64,000 bases of DNA, from assembly GCA_052168235.1 (NCBI GenBank), contig JBQLZK010000015.1:1-64000 (forward strand), read 5' to 3'. Below, one piece after another: positions 22,001-28,600 of this stretch. The notes under the pieces are model-generated. The model was not told the DNA's origin. It did not search any database and worked only from the letters and a program-made list of their open reading frames with translations. The first letter of the stretch is position 1. Every line of letters begins with the position of its first letter. This DNA is from Thainema sp. Its GTDB lineage: Bacteria > Cyanobacteriota > Cyanobacteriia > Phormidesmidales > Phormidesmidaceae. The translations under genes were made by a program, and so were the position numbers.

Positions 22001-22285
22001 GATGCTCTAGCAAAACAGAGATTTGAAGACTTAGGTTTTTTAAAACCAACTTATGCATTCGCTAATCATGCTGAAGGACATGTATTTCTTCAGGCTTATG
22101 AGTCAAACGCATTATCTGGACATGGTATTCTCTATATTGATACAATGATGTGTAATTTCTGTGGTTTGAACGGTGGAGTTAAAAACGCATTTCTCAAATC
22201 AGGATTAGATTCTCTTGAAGTTTATGAACTGTATTCTCCTAACACTTCCCAAGGTCTAGTGATTAAAAATGTGTTTGAGAAATAA
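7100..22285 (+). CDS. giant Rhs/YD-repeat polymorphic toxin with adhesin-like stalk (PA14, DUF4114-like, Calx-beta x4, putative Ig repeats, PPC-like repeats, vWA, SdrD-B-like) and C-terminal deaminase
   Basis: PA14 (GLTAEYFDN...FSVRWSG); FEDL..GGNQDFND; Calx-beta (VDYTTVEGTATAGVDY); many GMTID..TG.I.WTP Ig repeats; vWA DISGS; YD repeats; core end YLYTHNDPINYVDPSG; tip HAE...CNFC. ATG 7100 preferred over GTG 7046. Confidence 0.92.
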   Translation: MALSSSASDPTLSSTSVGTGMIPSAFDDSTGILSGDGSVLASLFKPLYAPLSINYGEFNQPLNPFLAETPELRNILDLGIGSDTESPFDTLRLGFDSLTGYTPDTPLIDMGSSASLLATDTASTSTPLSFTGSATQGQTETTASLTPLISPEPSESSNKNDTVALSSTPLSLTESESQGGTAAVMALAASTGTGLTAEYFDNINFTQLKMRRVDAAVDFNWQLRSPHPDMGSDTFSVRWSGKIEPLYSETYTFSVPASGGVRLRIDNQLIIDNPLNSLIPTTGQISLQAGQQYDIQLEYYEDVVNSDVRLEWQSTSQSLEVVPTSQLFPTDDQPISPLAAFQVPLVSNPTLTGTIEVVDRQTILGAVLYNEFGLYRVDDELGRIGNLLPGDIGYNSAALSAGRRVASLGRNDTEVVLEFEPGQWLAAYYKPIPLNLLSPVTTHFSFTAANLDQTDHVQEQDLGFSNFEVAFEDLILGGNQDFNDLVAQVRFVNTDPIWTTDPIEEALAGYAYTYDAEATDQEGDSLTYQLLSSPEGMTIDSATGLISWQPDEVDIGDYSIVVQVDDGRGGLNQQSYTLSVQPPPRFTVDDVTLDEGDSGTTEAVFTVRASAGTIYPMTVDYTTVEGTATAGVDYTAQSGRLTFAAGETVQTIAVPIMGDTLHEWSETFSLVLSNPDYAAIEDGEGVGTITDDDEPPTAVIDDVEITEGDDGIQDITFTVNLSTESGRPITIDYQTQDGTALAGADYEATSGTITFNPGETSQTITVSALSDTLDEPTETFTVDLLNPNNVTLADNQGLGSILDNDEPPIATISDVQIDEGDSGEVNAIFTVSLSSESGYPITIDYTTAAGTASAGDDYTSVNGTVTFEPGEVVQTISVPIKGDLLDELDEETFTVALSNPINVTLVEDEEAGTGIILDDDLPPLLSVDDITVSESDDGQDSQATFTVSLSAPSSLPITVDYTTVNGTAIAGDDYVATNGTLTFNPGETTQTIQVTILDDTIGELAEAFELQLSQPVNAVLDDAVGQATITDSDVVLQEGTDFRVGYVYNFAIPSDPSILHFTYSPTFDTTDPDAINDAFEVALVDSEGIPLTHVIAPGRDAFFNWTEEEEEAIAAGVSHDAVNRTVSLNLTGLPVGIDATVLFRLVNNDSDTTTQVQLANFVIEAAPAGTQPATDASPADVPAATANSDTIALSDVSSSVQANYHQSSFNPDTGRLYTNVSLENIGTYGLNGPLWVAIANISDPSVGVDGADGITADGLPYYDFSHLITDGTFDPTAVTDERSLIFTNPNQIQFTYDLIILSTLNQGPMIESNPDNEGIVGQAYVYDVNATDPDGDALTYDLLVAPDGMTIDAETGLIQWTPTNAALGNHFILVQVSDGRGGIDQQQFTLSVANEPSNRPPRFTSDPVIDAFINQPYAYDADATDPDGDFLSYQIIRGPDGMTIDPETGAIEWTPPSALVLGDTVLGQISTPGEIDEFTFSGVQGQRLYLDPLRYTGAIGDLAISLYSPSGETIIDSNSFNWNQYEFLILEETGTYRVVVEARDDRDYTGNYGFSLLDLALVPVAPFDQRIEGTLSPGTEDDIYRFSGTKGQKLYIDQITRNGDMGWRLYDANGQSLSSPILMSDMDLRLPEDGEYYLAIQAGSGASFTNTSSYTFEIITPDIVSAEMSLGDNTNPTPVTGVISEKGEEDIYTFEGTAGQTVVFDKLFANANSGIASHEATIYNSSGNEIFSASLRTGDEFFTLDQDGRYELRVAAPGGITGSYGFSLLDLGLAPSMNSGGIYEDTIELGYGTHMYQFSGTAGQQLSFDAQASYIGLPQWSLYNPNNQRLITKFLSTDFSVTLNDTGTYTLLIDSNRNSPLSYKFQVFASDPAASASSYNATTSSDIIFEESATDTSTHLQDEPSSQVTLAEPESSSSSDDSSPASFTTTNVSYSSTSTPVTATVTTAGEVHKYTFEASAGTLIWLDQLSSTSSNIRASLRNPDGSYEFSNQSTSNDIGVIQLDQTGLYTIETYGSTSSTTGSWQFQIQELPADIAADTFNSLELNVVMQGTLDPGLSSTIYSFQSRIGQQVLFNGMVGSSVGARFYDPNGQSIYETNSFGTSDSNLFTLTQEGLYHLIIDGNSSGTPSYAFQMLDFEISETLPLNLPRQGSLESPQAAQLYQLQGRAGQRLFFDVETADNRYLLLTVYDSNNQSLGSFNVRTTTPLELTLPQDGQYTIVVGDGGASSNTAPLDYTLQVFGYSASTTNNILIPGAGESISQEQSYLGLVPVQLSVTDGQNGQATQDFTIRLWPDPGNADPIITSTPVTRYSLEQPFYRYQVKATDLDGDDLSYRLVDAPSGAVIDQDTGELLWLPESAIAGQSYNFTVEVSDRRGGTDRQSFVLEAYQTLGTIQGAVWDDLNANGYRDTALVQGDSPNIVFAIDISGSTGGNYVDWTTTDLETAATQNMGILGNEIAAIIALSEQLIQQGRGNTAQIGVVAFDNEAQVLDLDPVTSGTQLFITPLADQDGNGISDLRQVLNTLRADGGTNFTPALTTAAGLLGGLTGDPNLIFLSDGIGSVDPDVVAALESDGVNMTAFGIGAGASLEQLSLIDPDAIRVTDPRELIDIFSGWDSRYTPEPLMENVSVYLDLNNNGQHDLNEPQQTTGPRTNIFGEVPYQFVFDNLLPGTYTLQQVVPNGYEQTAPSTPSFVDTITVDGGETFTHLFGNHLISPPPNQDPFFVTDAPTEVVELGSVLQYAARATDPDPNPLTYELTLSPKGMIVDPETGVLIWKPTANQLGTHNVMLRVSDGQGGIDLQYFQVTVAAPNTASVFTSNADNLTAQVGKPFQYRAVAKDADGDPLSYRLVNPPTGMAIDATTGVLSWAPTATGDYSVTIEADDGRGGVTQQTLDLTVIEATANTAPDITSTPRLQTPIGNPYVYAVAATDVDGDPLSYQLTTAPSGMTINAETGLIEWTPTAAQFGEQPVEVTVSDGQGGSATQSFTLLASNQASNQAPVITSTPNTVTNLDRLYQYGLTATDADGDALIWRLVDAPDGMVIDAQTGRLSWQPTAQQLGNHEVSIEVFDGSLLTGQSFTLTVNGGNTPPAIVSTPITQAAQDQAYSYQVVATDRENDPLTYRLGVHPDGMTIDAQTGQITWTPTADQVGNQTVEVVVQDTQEGMQRQTYTIVVGTQAINHAPSITSTPIFVADVNGTYTYDVDATDPDVGDSITYELLQSPTGMTIDPITGVVQWNTPVTGNHRVVVGAVDDGGLGAAQGFTLTARANQAPTIRSTPILTAVPGARYAYDVQASDPEGGVLGYALDAASLSKGIQIDARGRLSWTPTLGQIGTHSITVTVTDNLGATAQQVYDLTVSADTEAPVVRLISTLNPADVGDQVSFQVRATDNRGVTGLQLTLDGSPLTLDRNGIATVTLNQAGTASLVATAYDAAGNQGQATLNLPVIDPTDNTAPIISLAAINGDQPITTFTDIIGSVTDDNLLYYSLAIAPLGSTNFQEFYRATDTVSADLLGTLDPSLLLNDTYTVRLTAEDAGGNIVFVDQQVDITGNLKLGNFTLSFTDLEIPVSGIPISVTRTYDTLTANTRDDFGFGWRLEFRDTDLRTSLGTDQLYEEYGVRSLAFSEGERVYLTLPGGQRQGFTFQPRQVTEIDGQPLLYFSKFIYEPVFVTDDGVEVTLSVDQHYITLGDDGRFYGLQGQEYNPADDLFGGTYTLTTKEGIVYTIEGDSGDLLTAQDTNGNTLTFTESGITSDTGVAVTFGRDAQGRITTVTDPDGNVIRYGYDALGDLVSVTDREGNTTQLDYNDERSHYLDEIIDPLGRSGVRTEYGADGRMSRLIDVNGEAIELVYDTANSVQTVKDVFGYETTYVYDERGNVLTELDAVGQQIVRTYDADDNVLSETVITTESGPQGWTTTYTYDAQNNRTSETNALGETTYYTYGENSRLLSETDALGNTTTYTYDERGNMLSMTDAVGEGSEFVYATNGNLLSLDDALGNSTGFSYDNRGQVTRMTDALGTVTRYEYDFNGNRTQEIQTVTGPDGTVQELITRWTYDGENRVQTMIDAEGGLTTYEYDANGNQTAMIDALGRRTEMRYDTRGQLIETILPDETPADLSDNPRMIDLYDRGGRLRASIDQAGRVTHMTYDAVGRLVETIHPAAGETLQQLLDAIAPGETLATVDWSTLVYPDDAPAYLDDNDHVRTEYSEDGRVNASIDERGNRTEYRYDAVGRLVETIYADETPADLSDNPRMSITYDAGGRRVAETDALGHTTRYQYDDLGRVTDTIFHDGSRTQVAYDELGRRTSMTDPEGYTTTYQYDALGRLTGVLDALGQLTQYRYDELGRLIEAEDANGQVTAYEYDRLGRRIAVELPLEQRSSMTYDAVGNMVSMTDFNGEVTAYGYDAQNRLILTDYDDDADVVYTYTADGQVATITDGRGITSFDYDHQGRLLSRQDPDGPYLLSGNTIEYSYDEAGNRTSVTTPNGSVTYGYDERNRLTTVLDDDLNLTTYTYDDANNLVRTAFPNDTVETRRYDDLNRLVELKTVYVDPTTGAETVLTGFDYTLNQSGHRLAVTEADGRQVNYTYDELYRLTEENINNGERVLAYTYDSVGNRLTKDDSLAGLTTYTYDANDRLLSEVLTQAGVTVHTITYTYDDNGNLLSRTQVTDAASETTTYTWNDDDRLVAVATPDGSSVTYEYDEEGIRVSSTVDGVTTDYLVDKNRPYAQVLEELNSEQLQAFYVYGHDLIAQTRNTEQDFYQVDGLGSTRALTDETGNVTDTYDYEAFGELIESEGESENSYQFAGEQFDEAIGDYYLRDRFYDPSSGRFTRRDVYEGDFVQPLSLHKYLYTHNDPINYVDPSGFINKYTLLATLVIADILASVGGEFFNPIIVDPSSVNIPTPSPSILSGATSREVILTPSKNVIDAFTDLEAQRFLDDTMTGRIFPVRTGNRQVDGVVTRFDVGGQRFYGQSTWTKDALAKQRFEDLGFLKPTYAFANHAEGHVFLQAYESNALSGHGILYIDTMMCNFCGLNGGVKNAFLKSGLDSLEVYELYSPNTSQGLVIKNVFEK

Positions 22286-22314
22286 GTTGATTTATTTACG
22301 TACAGATTTGAGCT

Positions 22315-22737
22315 ATGTTCATTAACCAATTAGCTATTGAAGGTAATAATGTAGAATTATCAAAGGAAGTAATGGCTCCAACCTGGGAACAAGTTAAAGA
22401 CTTTATCTTATCTTTGGATGCTTACAACTATAGTGTGGTCTATTTGAATAAAGGGAGATTGGAACACAATGGCGCGATTGATATTGAGGAATTTATGTCA
22501 ATCTCGGGGGGTGGCAAGAACAGACTGTATACATGTGAAATTTATTCGCACAATGACGGCCAAAAGGTTTTGATTGATCGAACTAAATCTGATACTAAAC
22601 TAGTTGAAATTATACGAATTTTCCCAACCGATGTTGAAGAAAACCGATGTTTAAAATTAGGCGATATCCTTACTGCTGCTGAGACATATGCACGCTTTGG
22701 CAAGGCTAATGAGACCCTAAGCTGGCAAGCTGATTAA
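22315..22737 (+). CDS. cognate immunity protein, Imm1-like
   Basis: Directly downstream of the toxin tip and AT-rich. PTWEQV..I.SLD, MSISGGG and AAETYA..G....LSW resemble the Imm1 family pattern. Confidence 0.75.
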   Translation: MFINQLAIEGNNVELSKEVMAPTWEQVKDFILSLDAYNYSVVYLNKGRLEHNGAIDIEEFMSISGGGKNRLYTCEIYSHNDGQKVLIDRTKSDTKLVEIIRIFPTDVEENRCLKLGDILTAAETYARFGKANETLSWQAD

Positions 22738-22961
22738 TTTTTTTAGATGAAATTATTGTTAGGCTTATCCCGAAATCACCGTGTTATGAACAATACTCAA
22801 CACATCTTAACTAGATCCATAATCACATTGGTAGACATAAGATAACGAGGTACCCTTTAAAAGATTTGTTAGTATAGTAAAGTGTGAGAAATAATGAAGA
22901 TAGCAGTGTAATCGCCTCGAACAAGATTGTAAAACTCAATGGACTGTTTAACGCACTCTGC

Positions 22962-23465
22962 AAGATCTGCGATCGCGCTGGCATCCCCAAACTGCGATCG
23001 TGTTAGTTACAATTTGTGTAGCGATCGCGGTTTGTTAAGTGCGATCGCGGGCTGGTATCCCAAAAATGCGATCGCACCGTGGTCTCAGAGTTGGGGTTCC
23101 GAAACCGAGATCGCTGTTACTGGAGCAAGTGCGATCGCACTGATGTTTAACGTACTCTACGAGATTTGCGATCGCACTATGGTCTCAGAGTTGCGGTTCC
23201 GAAACTGTGATCTCAGAGAGGAACTGAAAGTTGCGATCGCGGAGTTGTTTTTCCAGAAAATGCGACCAAGCTTAACATCCTGAAACTGCGATCGCGTGGC
23301 TGACATCCCTATAATGCAATCGCACTGATATCTAACGTACTCTACGAGATCTGCGATCGCGCTGGCATCCCAAACTGCGATCGCTGTTACCGGAGTAAGT
23401 GCGATCGCAGAGTTAGCATTTGAAACTGCGATCGTGTTAGTTACAATTTGTGTAGCGATCGCGGT
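22962..23465. repeat. HIP1-punctuated array of re-used short modules
   Basis: About 17 exact or near-exact GCGATCGC sites in about 500 bp, separated mostly by 12-31-bp segments, several of which recur. Confidence 0.85.
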
Positions 23466-23681
23466 TATGGAAGCAGAATTGGCAGAATTTGAGCTGATTC
23501 AATATTTGATGGTTGTGACAGTCCTGACCATGACCTATGGGGTGAGATTGCGAAGCCGCTTGGTGCAGAAGAGCAGATGCGTCAGTTCTAGAAAGATAGA
23601 CCGAAAGCACTTGGCGGGGAACACTGGAAGGAAATCATTGGCGATCGTATTCGCAATGAGAGGGTGGGAGGGTGACCAGAT

Positions 23682-24095
23682 ATGGCCAAAGACTTGTTTC
23701 ATGAATCCGTTAAAACAGCCCTGATCAAAGAGGGTTGGAACATTACGAAAGATCCCCTCACCATCCGGATCGATCGGGTTAAATTGGAAATTGATCTGGC
23801 GGCTGAAAAAGTTTTTGCTGCGGAACGAGAGGGACAAAAAATCGCCGTAGAAGTGAAAGGCTTTATCAATCCATCCGCTATCAATGACTTCCATGCAGCG
23901 TTAGGGCAATTTCTCAACTATCGCCTTGCCCTAGAAATGACCGAGGGCGATCGGATTCTCTATCTCGCTGTTCCTGAAGATATTTTTAACAGCTTCTTCC
24001 AAGAGCGCTTTGTGCAATCTGTCGTTAAAAGCTATGCTTTGAGACTCTTAGTCTATAACCCGACCCAGGAGGACATTGTGAAATGGATACATTAG
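23682..24095 (+). CDS. xisH: XisH family protein (PD-(D/E)xK fold)
   Basis: MAKDLFHESVKTALIKEGWNITKDPL...IDLAAEK...IAVEVKGF...ALGQFLNYR. Confidence 0.95.
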   Translation: MAKDLFHESVKTALIKEGWNITKDPLTIRIDRVKLEIDLAAEKVFAAEREGQKIAVEVKGFINPSAINDFHAALGQFLNYRLALEMTEGDRILYLAVPEDIFNSFFQERFVQSVVKSYALRLLVYNPTQEDIVKWIH

Positions 24096-24412
24096 ACCAG
24101 TACCGCCAAATCATTCGTGAGTTACTAAAAAATCATGGAACGAGCGATGATCCAGAGATTGAATGTCAAATCATTTGTGATACCGAGAACGACCACTACC
24201 AACTGGTTGAACTAGGCTGGCAGGGGCTCCATCGCGTTTATGCCTGCTACATTCATCTGGATATTAAGCAGGGAAAAATCTGGATCCAGCAGAATATGAC
24301 AGAAGCGGATTTGGGGCAGGAGCTAGTCGATCTCGGGGTACCCGCCACCGATATTGTCCTAGGATTGCAGCCTCCCTATAAGCGTCCCTACACCCAATAC
24401 AGCGTGGCATGA
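24083..24412 (+). CDS. xisI: XisI family protein
   Basis: MDTLDQYRQII...DTENDHYQL...IHLDIKQGKIWIQQNMTE...DIVLG; overlaps xisH. Confidence 0.95.
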   Translation: MDTLDQYRQIIRELLKNHGTSDDPEIECQIICDTENDHYQLVELGWQGLHRVYACYIHLDIKQGKIWIQQNMTEADLGQELVDLGVPATDIVLGLQPPYKRPYTQYSVA

Positions 24413-24665
24413 GCCAACCCAACTCCGATGAGCCATCAAATTGGTTAAGGTGCGATCGCAAAGAGGGATTGGAAAGTTGCGATCGCGTGGCTGGCATCCC
24501 CATAATGCGATCAAGTAGCTAGTATCCTGAAATTGCGATCTTACTGGTTTCCTCAAGAAATGCGATTGTAGAGAGGAATCAAAAGTTGCGATCGCGGAGT
24601 TGTCTTTTCGGAGAATGCGACCCGGTTTAACATCCTGAAACTGCGATTGCGCTGATGCGATAAGA
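24412..24665. repeat. second HIP1-punctuated patch sharing modules with 22962-23465
   Basis: Contains AGAGAGGAATCAAAAGTT-HIP1-GGAGTTGTC...TTAACATCCTGAAACT and GTGGCTGGCATCCCCATAAT, near-copies of 23215-23315. Confidence 0.8.
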
Positions 24666-24695
24666 TGACGAACGCCCTGCCCCTTGCGCCAGTCG

Positions 24696-25574
24696 ATGAA
24701 AACCGACACCCTATTTTACGCTCTCTTTCAATCCATCCCCAGTCTCTTGTTTGAACTGATTGGTCAGAGCACAGCTGAGGCTGCCGGATACCAATTTGCC
24801 TCCATCGAACTCAAACAAACCGCCTTTCGAGTCGATGGCGTTTTTCTGCCGTCTGAGTCCACTCCAGATGCACCCGTCTATTTTCTGGAAGCTCAGTTCC
24901 AGCGAGATCCACTCCTCTACCGCCGACTATTTGCTGAAATCTTTCTGTACCTGAGACAGCATCCCAATGTCCATCAGTGGCAAGCCGTCGTGCTGTATCC
25001 CAATTCCACCATCGAGGTCAGTGAACCAGACACCTTTGGCGCATTGCTAAACTCGTCCCAGGTACAGGTCATTTACCTGGATCAACTAGGGGCAATTTCA
25101 GACCTGACACCCGGTTTAGGCATTCTCCGACTACTGGTCGAACCTCAGACAACCGTACCCGAAGCGGCACGAGGACTAATCACACGGGTGCAACAGTCTT
25201 CCCTAGCGGTTGCGGATCGAGCAAAACTCGTAGAATTGATAGAGACGATTGTTGTCTATACGTTTCCCCGTCGAACGCGAGAGGAGATTGCCGCCATGTT
25301 AGGCATTACCGACCTGAAAGAGACCCGTGTGTATCAGGAGGCCCGAGAAGAAGGCCGAGAAGAAGGCCGCCAGGCAGAAGCGAGAACCCTGATTCTCCGA
25401 CAGCTCACGCGCAAGTTAGGTGATGTGCCAGAGGCACTGCAAAACCAAGTGAACCAACTCTCGCTAGAGTCCCTAGAGACGCTGGGAGAAGATCTCTTTG
25501 ATTTTGCCACTGTCTCGGAGCTAGAGACGTGGCTTGTTCAGCGGGATGCCCCGAGTCAGCCCAACTCCAATTAA
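24696..25574 (+). CDS. Rpn-family (DUF2887-like) PD-(D/E)xK nuclease with DUF4351-like C-terminus
   Basis: MKTDTLFY...ELKQTAFRVDGVF...FLEAQFQ; C-terminal EEGREEG repeats and LILRQLTRKLG...LETLGEDLFDF. Confidence 0.88.
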   Translation: MKTDTLFYALFQSIPSLLFELIGQSTAEAAGYQFASIELKQTAFRVDGVFLPSESTPDAPVYFLEAQFQRDPLLYRRLFAEIFLYLRQHPNVHQWQAVVLYPNSTIEVSEPDTFGALLNSSQVQVIYLDQLGAISDLTPGLGILRLLVEPQTTVPEAARGLITRVQQSSLAVADRAKLVELIETIVVYTFPRRTREEIAAMLGITDLKETRVYQEAREEGREEGRQAEARTLILRQLTRKLGDVPEALQNQVNQLSLESLETLGEDLFDFATVSELETWLVQRDAPSQPNSN

Positions 25575-25687
25575 GCCCATCAAATTGGCTGAGGTGCGAT
25601 CGCAGGACTCAAAAGTGGAAAGTGAGATCGCGTCCCTCCTTAGAGGACGTATCCCAAACCGAATATGCAAATAGACGATATTAGCCA

Positions 25688-28600
25688 TCACAATTCCACT
25701 CCCGACGCCTCCTTTGCCTGAGATTTGACCGATGGCTGCCGCTGTTGTCGCTTTTGATATAGAGACCTCAAATTCCTGGGTGATCGCGAGGCAGATGTTT
25801 GCCAATTTTGCTTATCTGCTTCCGTCAGGTTGGCGACCTGGGTGATATTGCCTTCACTGTTCGCCGAAACACCAGCACTGTGATCATTCTTGGCTACACT
25901 GAGTCCTTTTGGGGTCTGCCGGACTGTGTACTGTCGCCCCCGAGCCTCAATCGTGCCGTTTTCATCACGCTGCACCAAGCCCGCTGCTTCCAAGTTGCCC
26001 AGAAAGCGACGGGCATGATTCAGAATGCTAGACCCAAGTTCTCGCTGTTGCTCAAATGCGGACAAATCTGCGGCCATCTGCTGGGCATCTGAGGACGCCA
26101 AATTCTTGAGTTCGCCAGCCTTTGCAGACTTGCCCATCGCTTCGATGTTGGCCAACTCCTGATCGGAGCGGCCCAACGTTCTGGCAGCTCGATACCAGTT
26201 CCGAAACTGCTCGATGGTGGGTGAATTCTGTTGAGTCTCAAGGGGCTGAGCCAGCTGTTGATCCAGATCCGGATCATTCTGAGCGATCGCATTTTGGATA
26301 AAAGCTCCAGCCGCAACCGTCCCTGTTGACGGATTCAGTGGCGTTTCCGGATCTGACGCCATCTGCTCTTCAGCCTGATTGATGGCCGACAGCACACTCT
26401 CCCGTTGCGCGTCTGGCAGGTCTTGAACAACTCCTCGCAGACGCTCCAGCGTTTCTTGGTAGCTCAGCGATAAACTCGGTCGCTCGTTCCCCAAATCCTC
26501 TGTATGAGACGGTTCTACCGTTTGAGCTGCAACGTCTGTACTTAAGGCATTAGCTAACTTATTTGATGGTTCAGTCACAGACTGAGCGGTCTGCTCATCC
26601 GGGGAATCGGCCATTTGAGATCGCACATTATCTGGTGCTGGTGCTGCTTCACTTGGTTCTGGTTCCGGCTCAACTGACAACTGCTGCTGAATGGCCTCAG
26701 CAAAGCCCTGCTGCCGCAGATTGCGAGCAAACATCCCCGCATAGGCGCGATCTAATCCTCGGGATTCTCCTATCGGATTATGAACTGCTGTTTCTGCCAG
26801 GTTTAGAGAACCATCGTCGGAGAGATTAAAGACCATTTCGGAGTCAATATAGGCATCACCGTTCTCGACCAGGGTATGGTAAAGCATCAACTGCTCCCCG
26901 TGGCGTTCAATATTAAGGGGAATAAAGGGCTCATTCTCGACCTTGAGATAGAAGTCCTGATCAGCCATCACGGCCTGCGACAATCCGGCCTCCTCTAGAA
27001 GTTTGCCAACGTATTTCTCAGGCTGACCAGACTGTTCTGTCCATCCTCCCACACAAGCCACTTTCGGCTCTGGCTCTTGCGCCCTGTCTGCAACAGCGGA
27101 GAGACTCTCTTCAACGGGTTCATCGGGTGAGGGTTCATCTGTGGCCGGAGTAGCTTCCTCCTGATTGGGCTGATCCGGATCACGGACATCTTGAGCTGCA
27201 ACCGCTAAGTCCTGCTCGGTAGGATCGCTAAACGAGATGCGAGCGTCCTCACCATACTCGTCAGCTAGAGTTTCGAGCTGATCATCTCGATATGCGATCG
27301 CATTTGCTTGTTCAACTGCTTCTTCACTGGCTGCACTATCTATATCGCTGTAGCGATTGAGCAGTCGTGCCCGCTCGCGCCCAATGGTCGTTGGCCCTTC
27401 TGGATCAAGGCGATAGGCAGATGATGCAGGCTCAGACTGCTCGGACACATTAGCAGGTGGCATCTCGTCTAAACCATTTTGAGCGATATGATCTGGGACT
27501 TCAACCCAGTCTGCCTGCTCTGCCTGCTGCAAGGCACTCTCCAAGCCCGCGCGAACCGCCTCCAGATTAGACAAATCAACCGAGGGAGCCAGCCCAGCGG
27601 TTTCAATGACGTTCTCTACTGAATCTGACCAGGAAAATTCAGGGATTTTTTCACCCACCAATTCTCGCGCCTGCCCAAGATGGGTGGTCGCCTCTAATCG
27701 CTGATGGCGACCATCTTGGATGTAGCTCACCACCTCTTCCAATCGGTCTGCCGGGAAAGCCGCTTCCATGCGATCGCTGATCGAATAAAATTCATCCCCT
27801 ACTGCCGCCATCAGGTCTTCATCCAGGTAAACATCCTTTTGCTTTTTGCCTGTCTGAAGCAGATAACCATCAGCATGGGGTGCAGCCTTCAAGGTGATTT
27901 GCTCATCACTCGTCTTGACGATACCTTGATGCTCGCTCACCTCCATAAACTGCCGGACATTGCGAGCCGCAGGTAGCACAACGGGCGACTCCGACAACTG
28001 CTGTTGTAGATCATAGCCTCGCGGCAACAGCAGCATGGGTTCCACACCGCCAGTAGACATGGTCGCGTTCACGACATTGCCGTCCTTACCATACTTTTCA
28101 GAAGCCCGCAGTAGATTGCCGCGCAGCACCTGCCGGACTTCCCGTTCACCCGCCTGACGCTCATCGAACAGCGCCATCACGTCGCTGCCCATCATCGTTT
28201 TTTGGACAGGCGTCATATCGACCGCACCAATGCGATCAACGTTGATTTTGGAGAGCGGTAGGGGAATTTCCCGGCTAGAGTCCGCTAGTGAGACGTTCAC
28301 CATCCATTTCGAGGGAGCCACAGGATTCGAGTCACCCAGTCGATTCTGGCTCTCAGCTTCCGCATCAGCAGCCAGAATTTTATCGAGTGACGTTCCTCGT
28401 TTGCTCACACCTGAAATCGCGCCATAGAAGATGCGGCCATTCTCGGTAGACAGCCGAACCGTTTGACCGGGTCTGAACCGTTGCAGTTGAGTGAGCTGCG
28501 TTTGCTGTTTATCTAAGCGACGAGAGGCCCGATTAAGCGCCGTTTGCTGTTTCTCTGGATCAGGAATGCGCTGCTCGATTTTGGCTGTTTGTTGGGCCAG

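Noticed and set aside
22939..23283. 114-aa ORF across the HIP1 patch (also 23434-23724 and 24359-24709)
   Set aside because: The translation is dominated by AIA/CDR readings of HIP1, a by-product of the repeats.
22962..23465. CRISPR array
   Set aside because: The constant unit is only the 8-bp HIP1, the intervening segments are short, uneven and repeated, and there are no cas genes.
23682..24412. Heterocyst fdxN excision element
   Set aside because: No XisF-like serine recombinase or interrupted gene nearby; stand-alone xisHI pairs are common in cyanobacteria.
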